From the human T2T-CHM13v2.0 reference genome, Homo sapiens, in the NCBI RefSeq assembly GCF_009914755.1, contig NC_060935.1: a stretch of DNA of 64,000 nt, one strand, 5' to 3'. The notes under the pieces were generated by a model, which searched no databases, was not told the DNA's origin, and saw only the letters and a list, made by a program, of their open reading frames with translations. Of this stretch, positions 1-14,815 are shown piece after piece. Positions within the stretch are counted from its first letter, which is position 1, and every line of letters begins with the position of its first letter. The translations under genes were made by a program, and so were the position numbers.

Positions 1-2
1 AC

Positions 3-125
3 CTTGCTGGAGTTTTCTAATAAAAACTGGAATGTGTTCTGCACAGCTTGGCATGTTTCTAGCTCAGTCCGGCTGAAGGCTATTAAATAATCCTTGAGAT
101 GATCATACACATTTCCATCAAGAGC
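3..125 (-). CDS. FCHSD2: FCHSD2 internal coding exon, 123 nt (end of F-BAR region)
   Basis: Minus strand attacag|GCTCTTGAT...TCCAGCAAG|gt (donor at 1-2), with T-rich tract upstream; 41 open codons ALDGNVYDHLKDYLIAFSRTELETCQAVQNTFQFLLENSSK continuing the frame from 62289-62417. Confidence 0.95.
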
Positions 126-1834
126 CTGTAATAGAGGAGTAAATAAAAGAAAAAAAATTACAGTAAAGCCTTGACATATGATATCTTCTGCCTATGAGAA
201 AAGTAGGTATGTTCAGTTTAAAATTTATTATTAATAATAAATGGACAAAAGATACAGATTGTAAGTAAATATGAACAGTTAACAATCACTTGAGAAAATG
301 TTGAATCTCTCTAATAAACAGGAACTAAAAGAGGTAAGATCCAATATTGGTAAAGCTGTGGGAAAACAGGACACAACTTAGAGACAAAATGCGTGGGTTC
401 TGATCTTTGCTCATCTGCTTAGGTGTAGGAGTTAAGTGAAATAATAAACGTGAAAGGATGCAGGTGCAGTGCCTGGAAAAGAGTAGACACTCTACAATAA
501 TCTCCGTTTTCCCCCAATCCATTATTGGTAGGATTATACATTGGTATATGTATATTTACTGAACAGCAGTGACAGAAAAAACACAATAGAAATATTAAAA
601 AAAGAAAAGTGACTCAGAGATACTGCTTTGGGGAAGAAAACCCAGTGTAATATCTATGAAGGGTTGGAAACATTCTTATTTCCTTAAACATTTTGTAACA
701 GGGATCTTTGAAATAAAAAAAAAGGAGAGAAAATCACTGAACATTTGAGGAATGATTAAGCTATGATGTGTACTGTCACCAAAATAAAAACCGTGGAAAC
801 TGTATAGATGACAAGTATGTATCAAATAATTTTAGGTTAAAAAAACAGAATATACATATGACATATACACTAGCAATAACTATGGAAAAATATAATAATA
901 ATAATTAATAATAATCAAGGTTCTGAAGTCTTGCCAATCAGTAGAGGTAAAAATTGAGGTAAAATTCACCCAATATAAGTCACCATTTTAATAATTTTAA
1001 AGTGTACAACTCAGTGGCTTTTAGTACACTGACAAAGTTGTTTAACAATTTCCATTATCTAATTCCAGAACATTTCCACCACTTCTCCAAAAACACTGTA
1101 CCTGTTAAGTGGTCATTCTCCATCCCTTCCTTCCCCCAGCCCCTGGCAACCACTAGTCTGCTTTCTACCTCTATGGATTTGCCTACTCTGGATATTTCAT
1201 ATAAATCAAATCATATAATATATGACTTTTGGTGCCTGGCTTCTGTTGCCCAGCATAATATTTTCAAGGCTCATTGATTTATCAGTACTTCATTCCTTTT
1301 TACAGCTTAATAATATTCAGTTGTACCACATTTTGTTTATTAATCAGGTGATATAAATTTGCCTTTTCCCCATTTTTTGACTATTATAAATAATGCTGCA
1401 AAGTTAAAAAATAAATAAATAATGCTGCTATGAACATTTGTGTACAAGGTTTTGTTTGAGCACCTGTTTCCATTTCTCTTGGGAATATACCCAGGAATGG
1501 AATTGCTCGGTCATATGATAACTCTATGTTTAATTTTGAGGAACTGTCAAACTGTTTTCCAGTGACTGCAACATTTTACCTTTCTACTAGCAATGTATGA
1601 GGGTTCAAATTCTCCACACCCTTGCCAACACTTATTCTTTTGTATTTTGGTATTTTTTTTTTAAATTATGAAAGCCATATTAGTGATTAGGAACGGTATA
1701 TCTTTGTAGTTTTGATTTGCATTTCTCTAATGACTATGTTGAGCAACTTTTCATGTGCTTATTTGGCCATTTGTATATCTTCTTTGGTGAAAAGCCTACT
1801 CAAGTCCTTAACTCATTTTTAAATTAGGTTGTCA

Positions 1835-2136
1835 GGTTGGGTGTGGTGGGTCACGCCTGTAATCCCAGCACTTTGAGAGGCTGAGGTGGGCGGATCAAGA
1901 GATCAGGAGTTCGAGACCAGCCTGGCCAAAATGGTGAAACCCCGTCTCTACTAAAAATACAAAAATTAGCTGATGTAGTGGCGTCTGCCTGTAATCCCAG
2001 CTACTTGGCAGGCTGAGGCAGGAGAACTGCTTGTACCCAGGAGGTGGAGGTTGCAGTAAGCCGAGTTTGTGCTATTGAAATACAGCTCTGCGTGACAGAG
2101 CAAGACTCAGTCTCAGAAAATAAATAAATAAATAAA
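1835..2136 (+). mobile_element. AluS
   Basis: Full dimer ending in an (AAAT)n tail. Confidence 0.9.
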
Positions 2137-2289
2137 GTTGTCTTTTTGTTGTTGGGTTGTAAGAATCCTTTATATATTCTGGATACTAGATTCTTACAAT
2201 ATGTATGATTTGCAAATATTTTCTCCCATTTTGTGGGGTGTCTTTTCACTTTCTTGAAAGTTTCTTTTGATGTACAAAAGTTTTACTTT

Positions 2290-2415
2290 TTTAAAAAAAG
2301 TGATAAGGTCTTGTCATGTTTCCCAGGCTGGACTCAAACTTCTGGGTTCCAGTAATCCGCCTGTCTCAGCCTCCTAAATAGCTGGGACCACAGGCACTCA
2401 CCACTGCATCTGGCT
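2290..2415 (-). mobile_element. Alu monomer (FLAM/AluJ-like)
   Basis: Diverged single Alu arm. Confidence 0.7.
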
Positions 2416-2444
2416 TACAAGTTTTAAATTTTGATGCAGTCTAA

Positions 2445-2761
<317 letters not shown>

Positions 2762-3554
2762 TATTTTTCTTTTGTTGCTTCTGTGTTGGTACTATATCTA
2801 AGAATCCTCAATGGAAGTCTTCCATTGTATCTTATGTTTGGCTGTTCCATTAAACTTTTTTTTTTTTTTTTTAAATACACAAATTCTGTCCCAAAAGCAC
2901 TGAGTAATAAAGCTGCACCTTCTATAGTGCTTACACCACTAGATGACACCATTGAGCACTTCAAATTTAGGCACTGCAAATATTATTACTATGATTTCCA
3001 TGTAATTATGTAACATAACCAGAGACACTGCTGGTGTTAAGTCTGAATAAATTTCCTGTATCAGGACATACTTTTCCTGAACTTGTTTAGAAAAAGAAAC
3101 ATATAACATCTTCTGATGTAAGGTTTCTACCTTAGAAATGGTCTTGGTGGACAATCATAACATGATTACATTTTGGCAGGAAACCATTGGAGTATTTTGA
3201 GTTCAGCAAATGGTAATACAGGCATCATGAGCTCAAAAAAAAATAAGGCATGGATTTTAAGGTGAACCATATACCCACACAGTTTCTATTATCTCAGTAC
3301 AATATAAACAGTACCCACTGTGCCTAGGCTCTGTGCTAGCTGTATGGGTGCAAGTGAGAGGGAGGAGAAAAGTTGAAGAAAAGAAAATCAAAGTTCTGCT
3401 GGTACTTCTGTTTTTGACCTTACCATAATCAGGATCATTTCTGATTATAGATATTTCTTACTAAAGGCATTGTACTTTTAATTTTGATAGAAGTATATTA
3501 CAAATCAGGAATTATACATTCACTCAGCTTCTTAAATCCTACTTTAAAAATTCC

Positions 3555-3785
<231 letters not shown>

Positions 3786-3894
3786 TCAGCAATAAAACAT
3801 ATATTATCTCATCATGAGATAATAACTGACGCACGTATCCCAGGGTCCACCAGTAGACACGATTATCGAAATGGCTGCCAAAGCCTTACCAAAG

Positions 3895-4966
3895 TGATGG
3901 CAGTGGCTGCTGCCATCATGCCGGCTAGAGCAGGGAAGCATTGCTGGGGTTGCACACTCCATGGAGCCAGTGGCTACAGAGCCCTGCCCCTTCTGAGTTG
4001 GGACGGGAGCTGCCCAGGTACCACTGCAGTCGCTCAAACTGCACCTACAGACCCTGGCCTCCTGGTCTACGGAGCAGGCAGGAGCCCCACCCTCCTGGGA
4101 CTGGCTACAGCTGACCAATCTGCAGCTGTGGATCCAAGCCTCCCTGTGCTCCTGGGGGAGGGCCGGGAAGGGCCCCCTGCCCCTGTCCCTGCTGGCTTGG
4201 GGATATCTGTTCCCGCTGCTTGGCCTCTCTCTTCTCCTGGAGCCCACTCAGATTAGTGGGGTTGGGGCTGAGCCCCAGGGCCCTGAATAGCAATGGGAGG
4301 CAGAGTCCTGGGCAGAAGAGGGTGGGTTCCCAGTAAGGCCCCACCTTCAGGCCAGGGAGGGCCTGAAGACTGGGGGCTGGACTGCCAGTCCAGCAGACTA
4401 GAGTGGGGACTGGTGGTGCCTCTTCTGGGCCTTCCCATGGCTGCCCATAGACCAATCCACACACACTTCCTCCATTCTGAGGTCCATAAAAGCCCTGGGC
4501 TCAGACAGAGCAGAGCAGAGGATGGCCAGAGGAGGAATAGGGTAGAGAGAGGATGGCATGACCAGTTGCAGAGAGGAGTATTCTCTCTGCTAATAGCTGG
4601 AGACGATGGGATGGCCAGCTGCAGAGAGGAGTACTCTCTCCATTGAGAGCTGCAGAGACAACTTGCCAGCAGAGAGGGGAGCTTCAGAGACCTGCAGAGA
4701 CATCCCAATGACTTGCCTGTGGACAAAAGCCACCCTCTCCAGGGCCTCCTCTCTGCTGAGAGCTGAACACTCCAAGGGACGATATGCCTACAGAGAGGAG
4801 CTACTCACTCCTCTGAGCTGTTTTAACAGTAAATAAAATTCTTCTTTACCCTTCACTTGTCTGCCTACCGCATACTTCCAGGACACAGGACAAGAACTTG
4901 GGCAAAGGCACCATGGCCACAGAGGTTTCTAGCCAGAAAAACTGGCACCCCAGAGATCCCGTAACA
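3895..4966 (+). mobile_element. ERV1 solo LTR, MER52-like
   Basis: TG...CA termini (TGATGGCAG…CCCGTAACA), 4-bp TSD AAAG (3891-3894 / 4967-4970), GC-rich, AATAAA near 4832. Confidence 0.8.
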
Positions 4967-5380
4967 AAAGGAGCTTGATTAGAAATACTGAACTTTTGTT
5001 GATAGTTTTGAATTTAGATGTAGAAGCATCTTTCTTCACTTAAGTTGGAAGAATGTCAGCCAGAATTATACAGATGTGCATTATTTAACATAAAAGAGTG
5101 AAAAAAATGGCGACTTGGTGCACTAGTAGTACCTAACTACTTATATGAAAAGGATTTACTTCCAACAGGGATTTGAACCACTCTTTTTAAAAAGGCAAAT
5201 CCCTACTTAATAGTAATAAATCCTAGTTTTTACTATCTTAACAATTCACAAGCACAAAACAAATGTATTTCAGTCTTGCCCTCTCTTCTTTTCCGGGTAG
5301 GCAAAAAACCCTGTAAGCCTTTAAGGGTAAGGAAGATCCTTCAGATACGAGCTGCCTTCCATTTTCTAAGGTCTAACTAA

Positions 5381-5873
5381 ACCAGATGTTCTCAACTTTA
5401 AGCATGCCTGAGAATCACTTCAGAGCTTATAAAAGCACAGATTGTTTCAGGGCAGTGAGGCCATTCTGTATGATACTACAATGGTGGATACATATCATTA
5501 TACATTTGTCTAAACTGAGAATGTACAATACAAAGAATGAGCCCTAATGTAAACTGTGAATTTGGGGTGATGATGATGGTGTCAGTGTAGGTTCATCAAT
5601 TGCAACAAATGTGCCACTCTGATGGGGGATGTTGATAGTGGGAGGAATTGTATGTAGGGGAAGGGAGTGTAAGGGAAATCTCTGTACCTTCTGTTCAATT
5701 TTGCTGTGGAACTAAAACTGCTCTAAACAATAAAGTCTGATTAAAAAAACAGTAACACAAATTGTTGGGCCCCACCCAGAGTCTCTGATTCAGCAGGCTG
5801 AAGATGGGCCCTAAGAGTCTGCATTTTCTAACAACTTGCCACTGGCCTGGGACCATACTTTGAAAACTACTGA
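5381..5873. mobile_element. MER5A-like hAT MITE, split by an L1MC 3'-end insertion (~5445-5750, +)
   Basis: MER5A-like halves (cagatgttctcaac… / …tttgaaaactactg) flank an L1MC 3' end; decayed duplication cacagattgt/cacaaattgt. Confidence 0.7.
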
Positions 5874-6891
5874 ACTGCACAGTTACTTTAGCTGACTAGG
5901 TTGAGCATTTATGTGGACTTAGATTCTGGTGACCCTCTGGAAGGAGAGTGGCTGCAGGCAGAGAAGCCTACCATCCTGAATAGGGTCAAGAGCACCAATA
6001 GGTACTGTTACTGTAGATGGATCAGCAGCTGTTTTCAACGGGGAATCACGCTCTACTTTAGATGCAAGACAGGAATGACCTTGAGCTCTGAAATCAGTTG
6101 GATGTGGGTTAGAATCCCAGAGCTTTTACTTACTTTATCATGTTAATGATTTTCTCATTTATAATTAGGGAAAGTGGGAGTACCACATACTCCACAGGAC
6201 ATAGTGAAGATAAAGGATAAAGGTAAAGGATGTGGTATAATGTTAGTCTTTCTTGCCTTGCTTTAAAATCATCAATGCATTGGCCACATATTCATAATGG
6301 TTAAAGCTGGATAATGAGTACGTGGGGGTCATTATACTGCCTTTTTTTTTTCCTTCAGTGTATGTTGGAAATTTTTCATAAAAAAGCATAAAGAAAACCT
6401 GAATAACATATTAGGGAAAAAAAATTCCACAAAATTTTTTTCAATGGCTCCCACTGTATATTTTGCAAAGTAGAAATTCTTTAGCAGGCATTGAAGATTC
6501 TTTACAATCTGGTCCCAACATAACTCTCTCTCATTAGCACCATCTCTCATCACTGTTCTCTGCATTATACTCTACTTCCCAACTATACTGAGTCATTTTG
6601 GAAAATGACATTCACTTTCATGTTCCCAAATAAGTTATTCTCTTGGCCTAGAATGTCCTTCCCCCCTTCTCTTCCACTTAAATACTTAAATGATAATGAT
6701 GGTTAACACAGGCAACTGACATTTACTAACGGCTTACTGAGTTCCAAGTGCTTTACAAAACTGACTCAACTAGCTCTTCCTTAGCGTTTTCACAATATTC
6801 TTCTATGTGCTGTATGGGTATTATTGCCAATCATGGATTGAATCTTATTTAAGTAGGTGAGAGGAGGCCCAAGTGATCAGAAGCCACTTTC

Positions 6892-7467
6892 TTTTTTTTA
6901 TTTTATTATTATTATACTTTAAGTTTTAGGGTACATGTGCACAACGTGCAGGTTTGTTACATATGTATACATGTGCCATGTTGGTGTGCTGCACCCAGTA
7001 ACTCGTCATTTAGCATTAGGTATATCTCCTAATGCTATCCCTCCCCCCGTCCCCCACCCCACAACAGTCCCCGATGTGTGATGTTCCCCTTCCTGTGTCC
7101 ATGTGTTCTCATTGTTCAATTCCCACCTATGAGTGAGAACATGCGGTGTTTGGTTTTTTGTCCTTGCGATAGTTTGCTGAGAATGGTGGTTTCCAGCTTC
7201 ATCCATGTCCCTACAAAGGACATGAACTCATCATTTTTTATGGCTGGATAGTATTCCATGGTGTATATGTGCCACATTTTCTTAATCCAGTCTATCATTG
7301 TTGGACATTTAGGTTGGTTCCAAGTCTTTGCTATTGTGAATAATACCGCTATAAACATACGTGTGCGTGTGTCTTTATAGCAGCATGATTTATAATCCTT
7401 TGGGTATATACCCAGTAATGGGATGGCTAGGTCAAATGGTATTTCTAGTTCTAGATCCCTGAGGAAT
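6892..7467 (-). mobile_element. 5'-truncated L1PA 3' end (~575 bp)
   Basis: L1 ORF2 C-terminus (…MFSLIGGN), 3'UTR and poly(A) tail; perfect 13-bp TSD agaagccactttc (6879-6891 / 7468-7480). Confidence 0.95.
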
Positions 7468-8249
7468 AGAAGCCACTTTCAATGGAGATTAATCTTAAAA
7501 TATCTTTTTCAGCTATCCAACACCCAGAATTCCCTGAATTTTAATTACCACCTCTGCAAGGCTGTGATACTCATTAACCTGCACATGAACTCATTTTCTG
7601 GTGGGTAAGATAGCTGGAGGCCTTCTGGCCTGGGTGGATTATTGCTAGTGTGCATAGAGTTAATGCAGGAGATACAAAAATTAAGAAACAGTTGGAATTC
7701 AAAGCACGGGAAGTGGATGATAACCCTATGATTTGCTCCAGCCCCCTGCCTTAAATTGCAATTGTCTGAACCAATGATGGCATCTAGAAATGAAGTTCAA
7801 AGCAATTCTGGGTAGTACTGTCTCAACATGGTTTGTGATTAGAAGGCAGATTGCATAAATATTTATATAGACTTTGATTAAAAAGCCAACGATCAGAATA
7901 AAAATTGTCCCAAAAATAGAACCAAAGAGCTTGAAAACAATTTTTACAAACTCCCCATCACAGTATTTAAAACACTATATTGAAACCATTTATATACATG
8001 TCAGATTTTCCCAAAAGACCCTTAATTCCTTGAGAACAGGCAGCACTTTCTTCCCTTTATCCTACCCTTAGCAGAGGCCTCTAATAAATGATTATTGAAA
8101 TGAATCAAACTGAGAAGGGTCTGAGCTACAAAAGCAGACTCCAGTTGTGTAAGAGGGAAAGCACCAAAGAAACATTTTGAGAGTGAAGTAGAGAATGAGG
8201 CATTTATCTTAATTGGGTCACCTTTATTATGATGAAAAAAATAATATGT

Positions 8250-8637
8250 TGTGAAAGTTGATTATAAAAATTGGGTCATTCTTGTCATATCCAACTAAAT
8301 CAATTGAGGGGCCAGGAGGAAAAAGCACTTAGGGCATATAATGTTGCTCCATGAATGTAATTCTCTGCAAGCCCGCTGCTGAAACTGCCTGTGGTAACCT
8401 GAAACCAGTATTATCTAATAGCTGCCGAAACAATCTGTTGTGACTCTAAGACTAACTACCCACTGCTGTCACCAATCACAGCTTGCCAGCTCCTCAAAAC
8501 TTTACTAGTGCCAACCTTCTCTTTGTTCTTTGTACATACTGAAGATCACCCAATCTGTCCCAAAATGCAATTCTTGTTTTCCAAATAAAACATTTTTAAT
8601 TTAGAGATTCATCTCTATATTTTCTTTGACTTCAACA
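8250..8637 (+). mobile_element. ERV1 (MER4-group) solo LTR
   Basis: TGTGAAAG…TTCAACA termini, 4-bp TSD ATGT, AATAAA near 8584; exact family not assigned. Confidence 0.75.
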
Positions 8638-8645
8638 ATGTAATT

Positions 8646-8936
8646 GGCTGGGTGCGGTGGCTCACACCTGTAATCCCAGCACTTTGGGATCAGGAGGATC
8701 ACCTGAGGACAAGAGTTTGTGACCAGCCTCACCAACAAGGTGAAACCCCGTCTCTACCAAAAATACAAAAATTAGCTGGGCGTGGTGGTGCCCATCCGTA
8801 GTCCCAATTATTTGGGAGCCTGAGGCATAAGAATTGCTAGAACCTGGGAGGGAGGCTACAGTAAGCCAAAATCGTGCCACTGCACTCCAGCCTGGGTGAC
8901 AGGGCGAGACTCTGTCTCAAAAACAAAACAAAACAA
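8646..8936 (+). mobile_element. AluS
   Basis: Dimer with (AAAAC)n tail; TSD aatgtaatt. Confidence 0.9.
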
Positions 8937-8974
8937 AATGTAATTATTCAGACTGACATGATTTTTTAATTTTT

Positions 8975-9272
8975 AAAGGGTAGTAGGGGTTGAGGAGGAG
9001 GTAGGGATGGCTAATGGGTACAAAAAAATAGAATAAGACCTACTATTTGATAGCACAATAGGGTGACTATAGTCAATAATAATTGTACATTTTAAAATAT
9101 CTTAAGAGTGTAATTGGATTGTTTGTAACTCAAATGACAAATGCTTGAGGGGATGGATACCCTACTCCCCATGATGTGCTTATTTCACATTGCATGCCTG
9201 TATCAAAACATCTCATGTGCCTCACAAATATATATATATATATATACCTACTATATACCCACAATAATTAAA
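8975..9272 (+). mobile_element. L1MA 3' end
   Basis: L1MA 3'UTR motifs (gatagcacaatagggtgactatagtc; gcctgtatcaaaacatctcatg). Confidence 0.8.
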
Positions 9273-9581
9273 TTTTTTTTTTTTTTTGAAAAGGAGTCGC
9301 GCTGTGTCACCTAGGCTGGAGTGTAGTGGTGCGATCAGGCTCACTGCAACCTCTGCCTCCCGGGTTCAAGTGATTCTCCTGGCTCAGCCTCCTGAATAGC
9401 TGGGATTACAGGCTTGCACCACCATGCACAACTAATTTTTGTGGGTTTTTTTTTTTTTTTTAGTAGAGATGAGGTTTCACCATGTTGGTCAGGCTGGTCT
9501 CAAGCTCCTGACCTCAAGTGATCCATCTGCCTCAGCCTCCTAAAGTGCTGGGACTACAGGTGTGAGCCACCATGCCCAGCC
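9273..9581 (-). mobile_element. AluS
   Basis: Full antisense dimer. Confidence 0.9.
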
Positions 9582-9659
9582 TTAAATTTTTTTTTTAAAT
9601 AAAATAAAAATTTTAAAAATTAATTTAAAAAATAATTTCTAAGTTTTAAAAACTCTTCT

Positions 9660-9959
<300 letters not shown>

Positions 9960-10149
9960 TTACATCTTGCATAACAGTATCCAACAAACATCTGTCAAAT
10001 AGAATTGCACAGACAGACAAGATCAGGGCTATGCGTATATTCTTCACAAGATCTTGCAATAGCATTCTGGGTCAATGCTATTGTTTCATTGTTGTTGTTT
10101 TAAATTTTTATCAGACTGACTTATATTTTGACCAGACACTACTTCCCTC

Positions 10150-11035
10150 CTCTGACTTTCTAACCTGTGCATCAAATTGCCTCTTAGACTGAATCATTCT
10201 CTTTTCCATCTGCTTTTCTTTTGAGTTCCTCAGTGTGTGATGCCACTATTCACTTGCCAACCTGTGGCAGAAACCTGGAAGTGAAGATTTACTTTTCCCT
10301 CTGCCTTGTCCCCCACATACTGTTAATTACCAAATCTTATTGATTCCACTTCTTAAATATTTACCAAACCCAACCCCTCCTCCTGATCTCCACAGCTACT
10401 CCCCTCTGGCCATCCTGTCTCATCCAGATTATTGCAGCAATCTTCTGTTGCCCTGCATCCAACTCTCCCTCTCACCAACTCATTTCCACACTGCAGCTAG
10501 GAGGATGTTTCTAAATTGTGTATTTTACTTGACTGCTCTACACTGTTCACTGGCTACTCATCACATTTAGGAAAAGGCTTTTAAAAAAATCATTACAGAC
10601 CACATTATCTGAACTTGGCATACCTCTTCAGCTTCTTCACTTATTACTCACTCCCCATTCTCCTTCCGTATTACACCTTCTCTACAATGCAGTTTTTGGC
10701 TTCTCCAATACTCCTTTTTTGCCTCTGAGCTTTCACACAGGCTTTTCTTCTGCCTTGACTACTCTCTGCTTTCTCTCCCATGGTTTGGCTCACTCTTATC
10801 AGCCTTAGTCTCTTCACTTAATCATCTACTTGGATATCTCTATTGTCTTTTTGCTTCATAACTCCTGATCATAGCATACAACCTCATACTGGTGATATTT
10901 GTTTGTATGTCCCTCTTTTTGTTTAAGTTCCATAAAGGGAGGCATCAGGTCTGTCTGTTTACCATTCCATCTTCTGTGTTGAGCATAGGGTTTGGCATAC
11001 TGGTAGTGCTCAATAAATATCTGTTCAACAAATAA
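10150..11035 (+). mobile_element. L2 3' region
   Basis: Pyrimidine-rich L2-like sequence ending in ctcaataaatatctgtt; boundaries approximate. Confidence 0.6.
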
Positions 11036-12002
11036 TAACACCAATCAGAATTCGCATGATTACAAAAAATGAATAAACCTATACTTGAGCCCCATGACTG
11101 AGAAATCTAATGATGTTACATAACATTTATAAAATCGTATACAAGTTAAAGGAGTAATTGATTTCATAAAACTCTAATTCAGTAATTTTCAAATATTTTC
11201 AGTAGTGGCATCCTTTTATGTGGAATTCCAAGACATAAAATATATATAACCTTGCATGCCTTCTTCTTCCTTCTAGCAACAGATCCTGCTGTCCTGATCT
11301 CAGGGGTAAACTTGCAGGGTAGGCAGATATGCAAGACAGAACCTCAAACCACTGTCCTCTGCCCCTAATTACTGGGTGGAGGTGGTCCCTTGACTTAAAT
11401 TAGGTCATCCCTGGGATAGAGGCTGAAAGATTAATCCAAAAATGGCCTATCCTTCCCACCAAAGTTATTCTTCCTACCAAGCAGATAGTGCCTATCTGTA
11501 GTAGGAAAGAATTAAACCAACTCACAGAGAAAAGCAGTGATGAGAAATTTGGCAAAGTGAAGATGGGAATGGTGGGCAGAGGACAGGGACAGTGTCCTTG
11601 AATTGGGTAGTTCTTGAGCAAGCACCATCTCATCCTTTCTGTGATTTGGTTACCTTAGCCAACAAATTCCTCTGTTTTGCCTAAGCTACTTTGAGTTGGG
11701 TCATTGTTATTTGCAATCAAAAGACTTCTTACTAAAGAGTAATAAATGATACCCAACTTATATTAGCCATATCCAAATTGTGTCTTTTGGTTGCATTGTA
11801 AGGAAAAAAAGTTGATTCACATGGACAATAAATTGCAAGTAATAATAATTCAATTGCTTTCCTTACTATTCCTGGTTCTCTTCAATTAAACAGATCTCAA
11901 AGCTTAAAGTAGACAATTTTTATGTCAAAGCTGAATTGCAAATACAATCCAAAAGCTGCATATATTTCTTACAAATTTAAAGTAAAGTAAAAACTATTTA
12001 GT

Positions 12003-12310
12003 GCTGGGTACAGTGGCTCATGCCTGCAATTTCAACACTTTTGGAGGCTTAGGTGGGCGTATCACTTGAGCCCAGGAGTTCAAGACTAACTTGGGCAACA
12101 CAGCAAGACTCCATCTCTACAAAGAATACAAAAATTAGCCAGGTGTGGTGGTATGTGGCTGTAGTCCCAGCTATTCAGGAGGCTGAGGTAGGAGGGCTGC
12201 CTGAGCCTGGGAGGTTGAGGCTGCAGTGAGCCATGATCGCGCCACTACACTCCAGCCTGGGCAACAGAGTAAGACACTGTCTCAGAAAAAAAAAAAAAAA
12301 AAAAAAAAAA
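12003..12310 (+). mobile_element. AluJ
   Basis: Diverged dimer with a long A tail. Confidence 0.88.
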
Positions 12311-12452
12311 GAGCTATTTAAAGCTTACAACAAATCATAAAAGTATCATAACAGTTTGAGAAGGGCACGTATGATGAAGATGCATCTGTATCTTGTCTAG
12401 CATTTTACATTTAAATGAGCAAAACACAAGAATGTTCTTTACACTTGTTTAA

Positions 12453-12810
<358 letters not shown>

Positions 12811-14668
12811 TAAATTTCTTAATCAATGATAGAATTCACTTATAAATGCTCAGAAATGGCAGGATAAGCATTCTTTCAAGGTTTATATAAATGTGAGTTA
12901 ATCTGGCAGTATGAACTCCTTGGTGGTCTCCAATATGCAAAAACTTGGTAGGTAATTTATCCAAATATACTTAAAAAAATAGCCAAACTTTTTGACTATT
13001 GGACACAAATTTCTAAGGGAATAATTCTGTAGTAATTGAGAAACTGAGAAACCATGGGACCTTTGACCAGCAATATGTTTTAATGACTCCGCAATATTTT
13101 TAAACAATTGAATTTGAATGCCTTTAAGCAGCCACGTCCTTTCCAGGTAGCTATTAGGCCACACACTCCCTTACACATTACCTCTGCCCTCTTTATTCAT
13201 TTTATCTACTTGATCCTTAAAATCAGTTGAGTTTGGAACCTAAACTCCCAAACTCATAATGTTAAATACTCAAAATAGTGAAGAAAAAAAAAGGAATATT
13301 CTAAGGACAAATTCAGAAACTTAGAAATCTGGAATGCTCCACTGAACATTTACTTACAGGAAAGTGTAAATGTCCTAGAACTTGTTTGAAGAAGAAGATT
13401 ATGATGAATTAGGAGGGAAAATGGGTCATTTTCCTAAGCATTTGATGTAATTTCCCCTAAAGTAAGAACTTTAAACAGTCCCCTCCTTATTTAGATCCAG
13501 GAGGGGCACAGATTCTTCAGCAATAAAGTTTTGCTGAAATCTCTTGAGTTTCCTTAATGCAGCCTAGAAAAACAAACTCTTCTTTTCTGAGAGCAACGGG
13601 CATTTCTAAAATAGACTTTGGTAAAAGTCAAGGATATAAATATCAAGATGATGATAAATGTGAGTTGTCTTAAAATTAAATCATGAAATTCTACAGTCTT
13701 TCTTTGCTGATACTGGAAGAAAACAGACTGCCTCCTTGCTTTTGTTTATCTTTTTCAGAAGACCCCAAGCTACGCCTAATCAGGTTACAAAGAGAAAGTA
13801 GCTTTTTACAAGAAATCAAAACAAGTACTGGGCTGTATTTACATTACTGTAAATATCTTAATATGTAGTTGAATTTATCAGTTGATATAAAGTAAAATCA
13901 GAAACATATCATCTAATTTTTTATGTGGTTGTTTTATTTAAAAGCACTGAGTTACTTCAGGTTACTTCATGTTCTGTGAAAGAGGAAACAAATAAGGAAG
14001 TTTATGTCTGTAAATTACAAAACCAGGAAAGGAAAATTTCAATGCTGTTTTTCTATAAAGCTTGTGTTATCCTCTTGCATTACTACTAGCATGCAAGATA
14101 AGTCAGATGTCTGAAAAAGGTCTGCTGTACTACTTATGCTCACCCAGTTGTGAGTGGGCTAAAACCACATAATATTTAGGTTGCCATCTCAAAACATCAT
14201 GGGCAACAGAAAACCTTGAACCCTATATACTTTCATTCAAATCCCAGTTCTACCACTTACTAGCAACCATCACTCTGGGAAGACACTGACCGTTCTTGAG
14301 CTTTCCATTCCTTATCTGACAGAATCATAAGAGTATGGTATGTGTAAATGGTGGTTATTAAAATAATAGGGCTTAACCATTTCTATGTTCTACCAGAGAA
14401 TTTCATCTATCTCCCTTGTAAGCCTACAGTAAGGAATTTTGGTGACAGACTGGGCTTCTGAGTCTGACTCTATTATGTACTTGAGCAGTAGAACTGCTCT
14501 AAGTCTGTTACCTTATCTATAAAATAATTTAAAAATAGTATCTCCTTAAGAGGTCTGTTAAATCAATATTTTCTATGTACCATTTTAATTCCCTTGTTTT
14601 TTTTACTATATATTTTGGCATGGTTGCCTGGGAATTATCAGTGTGATTTTATCAAACTCAAGAATCTC

Positions 14669-14815
14669 GACCAGGTGCCATGGCTCATGCCTGTACTCCC
14701 AGCACTTTGGAAGGCCAAGATGGGAGGCTTGCTTGAGGCCAGGAGTTGGAGACCAGCCTGGTCAACATAGCAAGACTCCATCTCTAATTTAGAAAAGAAA
14801 TAAAAATTTTTAAAA
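14669..14815 (+). mobile_element. Free left Alu monomer (FLAM-like)
   Basis: Left arm only with A-rich tail; TSD aagaatctc on both sides. Confidence 0.8.
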
